DNA of 63,318 bases, counting the filler, from Candidatus Desantisbacteria bacterium CG1_02_49_89 (GTDB lineage Bacteria > Desantisbacteria > UBA1551): assembly GCA_001871075.1 (NCBI GenBank). It is 4 parts of 4 records of this genome, joined end to end, with 100 filler letters (N's around TTAATTAATTAA, not from the genome) between each part and the next. Parts side by side here need not be neighbours in the genome. Positions count along the whole stretch, not along the records: positions 1 to 17,145 come from MNUP01000124.1; positions 17,246 to 28,913 come from MNUP01000015.1; 2 more parts are not named here. The stretch is one strand, 5' to 3'. Both the position numbers and the translations under genes were made by a program. Below are positions 10,704 to 20,691 of this stretch, in pieces (position 1 is the first letter of the stretch; the number at the start of each line of letters is the position of its first letter). Below the pieces are notes generated by a model that was not told the origin of the DNA, searched no databases, and saw only the letters and a list, made by a program, of their open reading frames with translations.

Positions 10704-11549
10704 ATGCGACTCGGTGGTCCTTTGTTTGTTGAATATTCGAATCCGGAAGGGTGGGTAGCCGCGGTAATGAAATACCATGGGTACAGCGCTGCTTTTTGCC
10801 CGCTGGGAACAGATCAGCTCAAGAATACAAGCCTGGTGCGCAACTACGAAGAAGCGGCGAAAAAAGCCGATATCGTTATCGCGGAAATGGGAGCCTGGAG
10901 CAACCCGATGAGCCCTGATGAAAAAATACGCTCCGAGGCCCTGAAAAAATGTAAAGAATCCCTCGCGCTTGCCGACGAGATCGGCGCGCGCTGCTGCGTG
11001 AACATAGCGGGTTCCCGGGGGCAGAAATGGGACGGCCCCTGCCAGGAGGACCTTACTGACCAGACATTTGAAATGATAGTTGATACGGTCAGGGGCATAA
11101 TAGACGATGTAAAACCCAGGCGGGCCTTCTACGCCCTTGAAACAATGCAGTGGATGTATCCCGATTCAGCGGAATGCTATATAAAACTGATAAGGGCGAT
11201 CGGCAGGAAGCAGTTCGGGGTGCACATGGACCCCGTTAATCTTATCTGCAGCCCGCAGAGATATTTCGGGAACGCCGCGGTTATAAGAGATTGCTTCAAA
11301 AAGCTGGGGCCTTACATAAGGAGCTGCCACGGGAAAGACATAATGCTCGCTGACAGGTCCACTGTCCACCTGGACGAAGTGCGGCCCGGCACAGGCGGCC
11401 TGGACTACGGGGTTTTCCTCCAGGAGCTTGCAAAGCTGCATCCCGATACCCCGCTGATGCTTGAGCACCTTGCTAAGGAAGAGGAATACGCCCAGGCGGC
11501 TGAATATGTCCGTTCTGTCGCGGTCCAGAAAAGCGTCAAGATCATATAA
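10704..11549 (+). CDS. Sugar phosphate isomerase/epimerase family TIM-barrel protein
   Basis: ALETM, VHMDPVN, CHGKD, PGTGGLDY and LMLEHL motifs of the AP_endonuc_2 family. Confidence 0.85.
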   Translation: MRLGGPLFVEYSNPEGWVAAVMKYHGYSAAFCPLGTDQLKNTSLVRNYEEAAKKADIVIAEMGAWSNPMSPDEKIRSEALKKCKESLALADEIGARCCVNIAGSRGQKWDGPCQEDLTDQTFEMIVDTVRGIIDDVKPRRAFYALETMQWMYPDSAECYIKLIRAIGRKQFGVHMDPVNLICSPQRYFGNAAVIRDCFKKLGPYIRSCHGKDIMLADRSTVHLDEVRPGTGGLDYGVFLQELAKLHPDTPLMLEHLAKEEEYAQAAEYVRSVAVQKSVKII

Positions 11550-11836
11550 GCATGTATTTCAGCCACGGATGCGCACGGATTTTCACGGCTTTGTTTATGT
11601 AGCTCAAACCTTCAGGTTTGATATCAGGGCTAAAGCCCTGAGTTATCCGCCCCGATGTTCATCGGGGCGAGACCTCGCCCCAAAGGGGCGGGCAATTAAA
11701 TTCCTTGTTTTTACTCTGACACGCTGACACGCTGCCTGCCCGCCGCAGTATTCGCAGCCTTTCCGCGAATAGCGGAGTTTTAAGGATGCGAAGTTTCTAC
11801 GCAGGCGGGACACGCATTAATTTGAAGGGAGTATCC

Positions 11837-12514
11837 ATGAAACACTTGCCGGTAATTCTTCTATGTTTGATAGTCTGTTCTTCCTGCTTCGCCCAGTCTT
11901 CCCTGGTTGATCCCTGCATCCCTGACAACGAAAAAATAACCTACGCCTCAAATTTTGAAGGCAACAGATCTATCCTTATTACCGAGGAAACAAATATAAG
12001 AACGGAATCAGGCAGGGAAATATACGAAATAACGTCAAAGTCAGAGTTTGAAGACAAGCAGATGAAATTCCTGAAAAGCACGATGGCGCTTGTTTACGTC
12101 TGGTCGGTAAGGAAATTCCCGGATGCGTCCTTTGAGTCAAAATACGATTTTTCAGTGAAAAAAGACGGGGAAACGAAGATTTCGGATTTTTCAACGATCC
12201 GGTATGTATTCAGGGGTTTCCCTTTTGAAAAAACAAAATCGCTGAAACTGGATATTTTCGGAAGGCAGGGGGACCAGGCATACTCGGTAACGGTGAAAGT
12301 TCTCAAAAAAGAAAAAGTAAAAACCGAAATAGGGATCATAGAATGCTACAAACTTGAGCTTGGTATGAACGGGTTCTGGGCAGGTTTCTTCCCCAAGATG
12401 CACCTGTGGTACAGCGTAAGCCCTTCGCATTACCTTGTCAAATTTGAGGGTTCAAATATGGTCCAGCAGGGCAAGCGCGTCATCGAACTCAAATCCTACA
12501 CAAGATCACCCTAA
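11837..12514 (+). CDS. Exported hypothetical protein (DUF3108-like)
   Basis: Signal peptide; beta-rich; EKVKTEIGIIECYKLE and HLWYS..HYLVKFE motifs. Confidence 0.6.
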   Translation: MKHLPVILLCLIVCSSCFAQSSLVDPCIPDNEKITYASNFEGNRSILITEETNIRTESGREIYEITSKSEFEDKQMKFLKSTMALVYVWSVRKFPDASFESKYDFSVKKDGETKISDFSTIRYVFRGFPFEKTKSLKLDIFGRQGDQAYSVTVKVLKKEKVKTEIGIIECYKLELGMNGFWAGFFPKMHLWYSVSPSHYLVKFEGSNMVQQGKRVIELKSYTRSP

Positions 12515-12880
12515 TTCAGTATCCAGTATCCAGTGTCCAGTTTAAAACCAAGAAAAATTTCTCTGTGTCTCCGTGCTGTGCCCGCCAATCTTGGTGGCGT
12601 GGCCTCTGTGGTTAATCTCGTGTCTACCCGCCAAATAAATCCTGTCTGGACTAACCAGCACAATTTTTCGTTCATTTTTGTGTAGGGGCAGCCTGTCCGC
12701 CAGTTATTATGGTGGAACCTTGGTCTCCCTGCCTGTCATTGCGGCTGGTTTAAGGGGTCATTGCGAAGAGCGAAGCGACGAAGCAATCTATTTTGGTGGC
12801 TGAATTTCTATTTTTATTGCAACATTTTTCCTTGCAACGCGTATAATTATATAAGAAAAATACAGTTTAAGGATAAAGAA

Positions 12881-14167
12881 ATGAAATTAATAATTCACCG
12901 CGGGACGCATGAGATCGGGGGAAGCTGCATAGAGCTGGTATCCGCAAATTCAAGGATCCTGCTTGATTTTGGGCTGCCCCTGGTAGATAGCAACAACGAA
13001 CAGTTTGATTCAAAAAAAATAAGGGGCAAGTCAAAAGATGATTTAATAGAAACCGGGGTCCTGCCGCGGATAAAAGGATTATACAGGGACGAAACGCCTT
13101 CTTTTGACGCGATCCTGCTGAGCCATCCCCACCAGGACCACTACGGCTTGCTTTCTTACGCGAACCCGCGCATTCCCGTTTATTTGAGCAAAGGATGCAG
13201 GATCCTGGTCGAAGTTTCGCATTTCTTCAACCAGACCGGTTGCGAGCTGAAAAACATTGAAACGGTTGAAGACGGGCATTCTTTCAAAAAGGGCGATTTC
13301 ACGATAACTCCGTTTGTAGTTGACCATGCCGGGTTTGACGCCCTTGGTTTTCTGGTAGAGTGCGGGGGCAAAAAGATCTATTATTCGGGGGATTTCAGGG
13401 GCCACGGAAGGAAAAGCAAGCTGTTTTTTAAAATGCTTAGGAATCCGCCTGAGAATGTGGATTACCTGATCCTTGAGGGCACGATGATCGGCAGGGACGA
13501 AGGGCAATACGGGACTGAAGACGGTATAGAAACAAAATTAGCCTCTTTGTTCAAAAGCGAAAACAGACTGTTTTTTATTGCCTGCTCATCGCAGAATATA
13601 GACAGGATCGTTTCTATCTACAGGGCTTGCAAAGAAAGCGGGCGTACTTTCGTGATCGACCCTTATACCGCTTATATCCTGGACAGGTTGAAAGAAGTCT
13701 CAGAAAAAATACCCCAGGCGACCTGGGGCAAAACAATGAAGGTATTTTTCGTGAAAAGCAGCCACACTGATAAACTCGCGGGAAATAAGATATTGTATAA
13801 ATATAAATCGGCAAAAATAACTTATGACGAGATCAGGGAAGCAGGCAACAGGTTGGTTGTCAAGAGTTCGTATTATCTGAGGGAGTCGTTCGCCCGCAGG
13901 AAGCTCATGCCGGGCTCAAAGCTGATATATTCAATGTGGGAAGGCTACTGGGACAAAGAAAAGGATTTCTGGGAAACTAACAGCGTTCCTTTTGAAATGG
14001 TTCACTGCAGCGGGCATGCTTATATCAGTGAATTGCAGGCTTTCGCCGGCGCGCTTAAGCCGAAATGGATCATACCAAACCATACGTTTAGCCCTGAAAA
14101 ATATAAGGAATATTTTGGCAGGCACAGGATTTTGCAGGCCAAGGACGGCGAAGCGATCACCCTGTAG
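12881..14167 (+). CDS. MBL-fold / beta-CASP (RNase J-like) metallo-nuclease
   Basis: IHRGTHEIGGSCIE, SHPHQDHYG (HxHxDH), VDH, YSGDFRGHG, HCSGH, IIPNH. Confidence 0.88.
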   Translation: MKLIIHRGTHEIGGSCIELVSANSRILLDFGLPLVDSNNEQFDSKKIRGKSKDDLIETGVLPRIKGLYRDETPSFDAILLSHPHQDHYGLLSYANPRIPVYLSKGCRILVEVSHFFNQTGCELKNIETVEDGHSFKKGDFTITPFVVDHAGFDALGFLVECGGKKIYYSGDFRGHGRKSKLFFKMLRNPPENVDYLILEGTMIGRDEGQYGTEDGIETKLASLFKSENRLFFIACSSQNIDRIVSIYRACKESGRTFVIDPYTAYILDRLKEVSEKIPQATWGKTMKVFFVKSSHTDKLAGNKILYKYKSAKITYDEIREAGNRLVVKSSYYLRESFARRKLMPGSKLIYSMWEGYWDKEKDFWETNSVPFEMVHCSGHAYISELQAFAGALKPKWIIPNHTFSPEKYKEYFGRHRILQAKDGEAITL

Positions 14168-14220
14168 ATTATTATAGAATTATCCGCTCGCGCCTGCTCA
14201 ATTGATGCGTTTAGAGTTTA

Positions 14221-14270
14221 AAAACTCCCGTTCCAAACCATTTGCGGTTTGGGGCAGGAGTTTTATTTTT
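14221..14270. terminator. Probable intrinsic terminator
   Basis: AAAACTCC..CCAAACC / GGTTTGG..GGAGTTTT hairpin followed by a T-rich tract. Confidence 0.55.
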
Positions 14271-14407
14271 GCCTTTTTTTGCCACATTTTTGAGATTTTA
14301 GTAGTATATATAGTATAGGTAAAAAGCGTAGTTTTTGCGTTGACACGTTGATACGTTTTAAACCGTCAACTGTGGTCAATGGACTACTAAATAAGGGGGA
14401 GGTAGTA

Positions 14408-15196
14408 ATGCAGGAAACGATGAGGGTGCACTTTGAAAAATTAATGGATGGTTCTTTCCCGGACCGCGTGAAGGCGATCAGGTATTTTGAAAAAACAAGG
14501 GAATCCGCGCCATTCCTGGCGCGGAAGCTTGTTGATGTCAGGGGCCCGCAGCGCGGCTGGATCGTGCCCGCCCTCAGGAAAACCATTGATTACGAAACCC
14601 TGGGATACCGGGTTGCGGATTCTGAAAAATTCAACGACTGGGACCTGCGGATAAAGGCTAACTGCCTGTTGTGGGAAATGGCAGAACCGGCAATAATGGC
14701 GGTCCTGGACACGCTCACGAACAACTGGGATAACGCGGCGATCAATTTTTCCGCCATGCTTCTCGCGAAAGCCGGCAGGGATTCCTATATGGCGCTCATC
14801 CAGGTGCTTGCGGAGGACAGGAAGAACGAATATTTCCCTCCTGAGAACGGCTGGGAGGAAGGCTGTGTTGACAGGGAGATAGTGGCGGCATTCGCCCATA
14901 TTATGGAAAATACCGTTTGGCAGAACCGGGTCAAGCAACTATGGTTTTCCTGTATGCGCGGCAAGAAGGGCTTCAAGAGCTCTATGCCGGTTTTTATTGA
15001 AGCGCTGAAAGACGAGAGCCTTCACGACATGGCTTCCTGGGTTCTTGGCAATTCAGGGGGTTGGCCTGTTGAAGCCCTGAGGCAGAACCTGAACAATTCC
15101 GATGAAAAAATACGGTCAGGGGTTGAAAAAGCCCTGGTCAGAATGTACCCGAATCTTTTCCCGGAACTGAGAGAGTTGTTATGTGGAAAGTTATAA
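14408..15196 (+). CDS. HEAT/PBS-lyase repeat-like helical protein
   Basis: FIEALKDESLHDMASWVLG and LNNSDEKIRSGVEKAL; GGAGG RBS before 14408. Confidence 0.6.
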   Translation: MQETMRVHFEKLMDGSFPDRVKAIRYFEKTRESAPFLARKLVDVRGPQRGWIVPALRKTIDYETLGYRVADSEKFNDWDLRIKANCLLWEMAEPAIMAVLDTLTNNWDNAAINFSAMLLAKAGRDSYMALIQVLAEDRKNEYFPPENGWEEGCVDREIVAAFAHIMENTVWQNRVKQLWFSCMRGKKGFKSSMPVFIEALKDESLHDMASWVLGNSGGWPVEALRQNLNNSDEKIRSGVEKALVRMYPNLFPELRELLCGKL

Positions 15197-15354
15197 AAAT
15201 GTTTAATAGTCGGTGTAATCATCTTTTAAAAATCACCGTCCCTAAAGGACCCCTGCATCTTGTTCCAAAGGAATCCCTTTGGGGCTTTCATGAGAAAGCA
15301 GCAGGGGTAATCATTAGTTGAAATCACCGTAATCATATTAACAAGGAAAAATTT

Positions 15355-16578
15355 ATGCGTGACATCAAGGAAGATATAAACAAATACATCGGCGTTTTCA
15401 GGAAAAAGAGCAGTTTGGCTGCCCTGCTTCATGCCTCGGATGTTCTGGAAGAGATCGGCAAACCTGCTGTGCCTGCTTTGGCAGAAGCCGTTAACGATAA
15501 AGATATTATTCCAAAATGGGGCATTTTCATGGCAATAGACGGTATAGGCCCGGATGCGGCAGAAGCGATCCCCGCGCTGGTCGGGTCTTTAAATGATGAA
15601 GTCCTCGGGTCTTCTGCCGCGATGACCCTTGGGATTATCGGCTCGAAAGCAAAGCCCGTGGTTTCCGCGCTGCTTAAAGCCCTTGAAACAGGCAAAGATA
15701 AAAGAATGAAGGTGAATGTTATTCAATCCCTGGGAAAGATCGGCTCCAGGGCCGGGAATGTGATTTCCGCGCTTGTAAAAGCAATGAAAGACCCGGACTC
15801 TGGCATCCGTGTTGAAGCCGCTGAAGCCCTGGGCAGGATAGGTTTAAACACGAAGGCGGTAGCCTTCACGCTTTCAAGCGCCCTTCAGGATAGAAATGAA
15901 ATAGTAAGGAAAAGAGCGGCGTGGGCGTTTGGAAGAATAAGGCCGAAACCAAAGGGATCAGCCCTTGAGCCGGTGGTATCGGCGATGCGTGATAACGCCG
16001 GCGTAAGCATAAGCGCGGTTGACGCGCTTAGCGTGTTAAATTTCAAACTGGCAAAATACGCGATCCCGGTGCTGATAAAAGCGCGGGAAGAGAGCGTGGA
16101 TGAAGGCGACGCGGAGCGTAAAATGATCGCTTCCGTTGTCCTGCATAGAATTATTACGGATGTGACCCGCGAAACGATCCGCCTGGTCAAAGAAGAGTTG
16201 CGTAACAAGGACCCGGAACACAGGGGACTTGCTGCCTGGGTCCTGGGTGAGATCGGCCGGGTTGCGGAAAGCGCGTTGCCCGCGCTCATGAAAAGGTTGA
16301 AAGACAGGAACCAAACCGTCAGGTGGTTTGCCGCGGAAGCTGTCTGCAAGATCGATCGCAGGTTTGCGGGCGAAACGGTTCAGGTGTTTGTGGAAAACCT
16401 GAAAATGCCCGGGAAATACAGCAAACTGGAGGCTATTAAGCGTTTGAGCGACATCGGCGGATCCTCTGCCCTGGAGCCCCTGGCTCTTATCGCGGAAAAT
16501 GCTTATGACGGCAGCGTGAGGGCTGCGGCAAGAGAAGCGGTTAAGAAAATCAAAAAAGGAAATAGGATAACTGAATAA
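15355..16578 (+). CDS. HEAT repeat (PBS lyase-like) protein
   Basis: Many LxDxDxxVRxxAAxALGxIG repeats. Confidence 0.9.
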   Translation: MRDIKEDINKYIGVFRKKSSLAALLHASDVLEEIGKPAVPALAEAVNDKDIIPKWGIFMAIDGIGPDAAEAIPALVGSLNDEVLGSSAAMTLGIIGSKAKPVVSALLKALETGKDKRMKVNVIQSLGKIGSRAGNVISALVKAMKDPDSGIRVEAAEALGRIGLNTKAVAFTLSSALQDRNEIVRKRAAWAFGRIRPKPKGSALEPVVSAMRDNAGVSISAVDALSVLNFKLAKYAIPVLIKAREESVDEGDAERKMIASVVLHRIITDVTRETIRLVKEELRNKDPEHRGLAAWVLGEIGRVAESALPALMKRLKDRNQTVRWFAAEAVCKIDRRFAGETVQVFVENLKMPGKYSKLEAIKRLSDIGGSSALEPLALIAENAYDGSVRAAAREAVKKIKKGNRITE

Positions 16579-16618
16579 AGGAGATGCATGCATGGATAAG
16601 AGCAGGGCGGCATAAAAC

Positions 16619-16646
16619 TTGACTTTTAGGGGATTTGTTATATAAT
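16619..16646 (+). promoter_or_regulatory. Sigma70-type promoter
   Basis: TTGACT-N16-TATAAT. Confidence 0.6.
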
Positions 16647-16652
16647 ATATAC

Positions 16653-16820
16653 TATCAAATTTAATATATGTCCTGCGGCGCGCGGAAATAAGTTACCTGC
16701 AACCCGCAAGGGATCATTGTGAGAATAGATATAGATCTGTCTGTCAATGGCGCTTCGCAGGATAACAATTCTTGGATAGTGAAAACTACACCCGCTTGAA
16801 CCCTAAGCGGGTTTTTTATT
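16653..16820 (+). ncRNA. Candidate structured ncRNA or cis-regulatory leader (family unassigned)
   Basis: No ORF. Closing stem 16669-16681/16750-16764; GNRA hairpins CCC-GCAA-GGG and TAGT-GAAA-ACTA; bounded by a promoter and a terminator. Confidence 0.5.
16790..16820 (+). terminator. Rho-independent terminator
   Basis: ACCCGCTT-gaaccct-AAGCGGGT followed by TTTTTT. Confidence 0.8.
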
Positions 16821-16906
16821 CTCCAGTGCTTTTGTCATTGCGATCCGCCGATAAGGCGGGAAGCAATCTGCCTGTAGCGGTCCCGATTCATCGGGACATC
16901 TTTCAT

Positions 16907-17485
16907 CTAGTGTGGTGTTTCTAACAGATCTTTACATTTGGGCTGTCATTGCGAGGAGTGTTAACGACGAAGCAATCTTGACCTAAAAATCGAGATTGCC
17001 ACGCTCCCTTTGGTCGCTCGCAATGACAACTCAAAGCAGAATCAAATGTCAAGGGATTTATGTGACACCACACTAGTGTGGTGTCTCTAACAGTTCTTTA
17101 CATTTGGGCTGTCATTGCGAGGAGTGTTAACGACGAAGCAATCTTNNNNNNNNNNNNNNNNNNNNNNNNNNNNNNNNNNNNNNNNNNNNTTAATTAATTA
17201 ANNNNNNNNNNNNNNNNNNNNNNNNNNNNNNNNNNNNNNNNNNNNGCTCCCTTTGGTCGCTCGCAATGACAACTCAAAGCAGAATCAAATGTCAAGGGAT
17301 TTATGTGACACCATACTAGTGTAGTGTCTCTAACAGATCTTTACATTTGGGCTGTCATTGCGAGGAGTGTTAACGACGAAGCAATCTTGACCTAAAAATC
17401 GAGATTGCCACGCTCCCTTTGGTCGCTCGCAATGACAACTCAAAGCAGAATCAAATGTCAAGGGATTTATGCGACACCATACTAG
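16907..17485. mobile_element. Tandem array of at least 3 copies of a 166-bp MITE joined at CTAG
   Basis: CTAG at 16907, 17073, 17316 and 17482; TIRs TAGTGTGGTGT..ACACCACACTA; internal GTCATTGCGA palindrome. The array spans an assembly linker. Confidence 0.85.
17146..17245. other. Artificial assembly linker/gap
   Basis: N44-TTAATTAATTAA-N44 (stops in all six frames). Confidence 0.97.
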
Positions 17486-17521
17486 TATCCAGGATCCAGG
17501 ATCTGTTTTTAAGGTGAATAT

Positions 17522-18505
17522 ATGGAAATTGTAAGTGTAAAGAACTTAACGAAAAAATTCAAGGACTTCACCGCGGTTGACGGCATAACCTTTGACGTGC
17601 AGGAGGGCGAGATATTCGGCCTGCTCGGGCCCAACGGCGCGGGCAAGACCACCACCATACGGATGCTCATAACCCTTATACCGCCTTTTTCAGGCGGGGC
17701 AACGGTCGCGGGCAGCGACATCCTGAAAGACAGGGACAGGGTCAGGGAGAACATAGGGATAGTTTTTCAGGACCCCGCCCTTGACAGGCAGCTGACAGGA
17801 AGGGAAAACCTGGATTTCCACGCCAGGATGTATAACATGCCAAGGGAGAAACGCCTGCAGAAGATAACTGAGGTCCTTGAACTCGCGGACCTTACCGAGA
17901 AAGCGGACGAGCTTGTCGAGAATTATTCGGGCGGCATGCAGAGGCGGCTTGAGATCGCAAGAGGGCTCATGCACGCCCCCAAGGTTTTGTTCCTTGACGA
18001 ACCGACCCTTGGCCTGGATGTCCAGACCAGGAGAAAGATCTGGGACTACATCCAGAAACTGAACAGGGACCAGGGCACCACGATACTCATAACGACCCAT
18101 TATATGGATGAAGCCGACTACCTGTGCGGCAGGGTCGGCATAATGAACAGGGGAAAGATAGTGGCGCTTGACACGCCCAGGAACCTTAAGAACCTGATAG
18201 GGGCGGACGTTGTCACCCTTGAAATGGAAAACGGGGATCCCGGGCCTTTCGGGAAACTGGATTACGTGAAGAAAACCGTTGCGCACGGCAACCTTGTGAA
18301 CCTTAGCGTTGAGAACGGAGAACGGAAGATCCCTCTCCTGATGGAATTCGCGCAGTCTCAGGGCGTTAAGATCAAAAGCGTTGAGCTTCACAAACCAAGC
18401 CTTGAGGACGTTTTCCTGCAGTACACGGGAACCACCATTAAGGAAGTGAACACGGACAGCGAGGAAAGATCGCGGATAGGAATGAACATAAGAAGGGGCA
18501 GATAG
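17522..18505 (+). CDS. ABC-2 exporter ATP-binding protein (DrrA-like)
   Basis: GPNGAGKTT, YSGGMQRRLEIA, FLDEPT, TTHYMDEAD. Confidence 0.95.
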   Translation: MEIVSVKNLTKKFKDFTAVDGITFDVQEGEIFGLLGPNGAGKTTTIRMLITLIPPFSGGATVAGSDILKDRDRVRENIGIVFQDPALDRQLTGRENLDFHARMYNMPREKRLQKITEVLELADLTEKADELVENYSGGMQRRLEIARGLMHAPKVLFLDEPTLGLDVQTRRKIWDYIQKLNRDQGTTILITTHYMDEADYLCGRVGIMNRGKIVALDTPRNLKNLIGADVVTLEMENGDPGPFGKLDYVKKTVAHGNLVNLSVENGERKIPLLMEFAQSQGVKIKSVELHKPSLEDVFLQYTGTTIKEVNTDSEERSRIGMNIRRGR

Positions 18506-18506
18506 A

Positions 18507-19280
18507 ATGAAAGCGATAAGTTTCCAGGCAATATACGTGCTCTGGCTCAGGGAAATGAAAAGGACGTGGCGGGCGAAAAGCCGGGTCATCGGTTCGCTTG
18601 TAATGCCGCTGTTTTTTCTCGTTTTCATGGGCGCGGGTTTCAGGAAGGCAACGCTTCCGGGCATGCCCGCGGGTGTGAATTATATGACCTTCCTTATACC
18701 GGGAATAGTCGGGATGACGCTTCTTTTCGGGAGCATGTTCGGGGGACTGCAGGTGCTCTGGGACAAAGAATTCGGGTTCCTCAAGGAGATAATGGTAACG
18801 CCCGTGACAAGGCTTTCAATTGTCCTGGGCAGGATGGCAGGCGGTTCCACATCAGCCCTTATACAGGGATTCATGATATTAATATTAAGCACTTTTCTCG
18901 GGTTCCGAATTCCCGGGATCACCGGCCTGCTTGTCTGCGTGGCATTCATGCTGCTCATAACTTTTACCTTCATAGGCCTGGGCCTTGCTTTCGCTTCCAA
19001 AATGAAGGATATGCACGGGTTCCAGCTCGTTATGAATTTCGTTGTATTTCCTATTTTCTTCCTTTCCGGGGCTCTTTTTCCCATACAGGAACTTCCGGGA
19101 TTCATAAAACCCCTTATCTATATCGACCCGCTTACGTATGGCATTGACGGGATGCGCGGCGCTCTCATGGGTTCTTCCGCGTTCCCCGTCTGGCTGGATT
19201 TCGCCGTTCTCTCCTCGATCTGCATCGTGATCGTCTCAATCGGCTCCATCCTGTTCGAAACCACAGAAGTAGGGCAGTAA
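18507..19280 (+). CDS. ABC-2 exporter permease (DrrB-like)
   Basis: DKEFGFLKEIMVTP, FFLSGALFP, DPLTYGIDGMR; about 6 TM helices. Confidence 0.93.
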   Translation: MKAISFQAIYVLWLREMKRTWRAKSRVIGSLVMPLFFLVFMGAGFRKATLPGMPAGVNYMTFLIPGIVGMTLLFGSMFGGLQVLWDKEFGFLKEIMVTPVTRLSIVLGRMAGGSTSALIQGFMILILSTFLGFRIPGITGLLVCVAFMLLITFTFIGLGLAFASKMKDMHGFQLVMNFVVFPIFFLSGALFPIQELPGFIKPLIYIDPLTYGIDGMRGALMGSSAFPVWLDFAVLSSICIVIVSIGSILFETTEVGQ

Positions 19281-19286
19281 TCCTTA

Positions 19287-19458
19287 AATCGTTGAACATC
19301 GTTGTGACTTCGTTGTAAAATCGTTAACAACGATTCACCAACGATTTCCGGAGAGTCATTAGCCCTGCTCTGACTCGTAGGTCCCTGTGTTGAGTTCCGG
19401 TTTCATCGGAACTACAGGGATAACGACTCTATAACGATTGGATAACGATTTACTGACG
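19287..19458. repeat. Inverted ~10-nt-period ATCGTT / AACGAT repeat arrays
   Basis: aatcgttgaa catcgttgtg..aatcgtta followed by aacgattc..taacgactct ataacgattg gataacgatt. Confidence 0.65.
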
Positions 19459-19509
19459 TTTTAAACAGAAACTTGACAATTTATCAAATATTAGTAAAAT
19501 ATAAGTACT

Positions 19510-20631
19510 ATGACAGACTATATGCTATTCAATCTCCCTGTTAAAATATATATGGGAGATAGTATATTAGATAAATTAAAAGAGACCGCGGGATGGGGCA
19601 AAAAGGCGTTCCTTGTCACAGGCAGGAATTTCGCGCTGGGCACAGGGCTCCTGCAGAAAGCCGAGGCGTTGCTGAAGGAAGCGGGGGTCGGGACAAGCAG
19701 GTTCACGGAAGTTGAGCCTGAGCCCTGCGTGGAAACCGCTGAAAAAGGCGCGAAGGCGTGCAAAGATGCGGGCTGCGACTGCGTTGTAGGCATAGGGGGC
19801 GGAAGCCCCCTTGACACCGCGAAGGCGATAGCGATACTCGCCACCAACGCCGGCAGCCTGCGCGATTATTTCGGGGAGGAAAAATTCCCCAATGACCCGC
19901 TCCCGGTCATCGCGGTCCCGACCACCGCGGGCACAGGCAGCGAGGTCGCGAGGTACGCTGTGATGGTGGACTGGTCCATACCCGGAAAGAAAACGATCTC
20001 TTCATATAAGATCCTGCCCAAGATAAGCATACTTGACCCTTCCCTTACCATCACCCTTACAAAAGAACTGACGGTTTTCACCGGAATGGACGCGTTCTCC
20101 CATTCCCTTGAAGGCTACATGTCAACGGGCGCGAACCCGCTCTCAGACCTGTTTGCGGTGGAAAGCATGAAGATCATAAGCAGGAACCTGCTGAAGGTGC
20201 TTTCGAAACCCGGGGACGCCGGCCTGCGCGGCAGCATGCTCTACGCCTCGATGCTCGCGGGAATGGTGATAAATAAAACGGGCACGATAATAGTGCACGG
20301 CATGGCTTACCCGCTTGCCCTCGGTTACAGGCTGAAGCACGGCCAGACCAACGCGATGCTGCTTTCGTCTGCGATAGCATACCTGTACCCGCATTACAGG
20401 GAAAAACTCATCCTGCTGGAAAAAGAACTGGGCGCGGACATCCGTGCCGTGCTTGAGAGACTCGTGAAGGGGACAGGCGTTTCCTTCCGGCTGAGAGATT
20501 GCGGCGTGTTAAGAGAGGATATAGATAAGCTCGCGCAGGAAGCCGTTGGCAGCTGCGAAAGGGCGATGAAGCGTATGAAAGTAACGCTTGGCGCGGACGA
20601 CTTTAGAAAGATCTACGAAAAAGCCTTCTAA
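19510..20631 (+). CDS. Iron-containing alcohol dehydrogenase
   Basis: GIGGGSPLDTAK, VPTTAGTGSE, MDAFSHSLE, VHGMAY, HGQTN. Confidence 0.93.
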   Translation: MTDYMLFNLPVKIYMGDSILDKLKETAGWGKKAFLVTGRNFALGTGLLQKAEALLKEAGVGTSRFTEVEPEPCVETAEKGAKACKDAGCDCVVGIGGGSPLDTAKAIAILATNAGSLRDYFGEEKFPNDPLPVIAVPTTAGTGSEVARYAVMVDWSIPGKKTISSYKILPKISILDPSLTITLTKELTVFTGMDAFSHSLEGYMSTGANPLSDLFAVESMKIISRNLLKVLSKPGDAGLRGSMLYASMLAGMVINKTGTIIVHGMAYPLALGYRLKHGQTNAMLLSSAIAYLYPHYREKLILLEKELGADIRAVLERLVKGTGVSFRLRDCGVLREDIDKLAQEAVGSCERAMKRMKVTLGADDFRKIYEKAF

Positions 20632-20691
20632 CGGGCAAGTAAATAAACTATAATTTGCTAAATATCAAAAATATAGTAAAAGGTGTAAAAA

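Noticed and set aside
16669-16765. 6S RNA, c-di-GMP riboswitch or DGR template repeat
   Set aside because: It is not a ~180-nt rod and lacks the riboswitch consensus. There are no AAC-rich codons, matching variable repeat or reverse transcriptase in the window.
16907-17485. Possible CRISPR array
   Set aside because: The units are 166-bp near-identical copies with no variable spacers, and no cas genes are present.
17690-18664. Long minus-strand ORFs (also 30131-31258, 31775-32860, 27282-27998 and others)
   Set aside because: Antisense shadows of well-supported GC3-rich genes, with no motifs or RBS.
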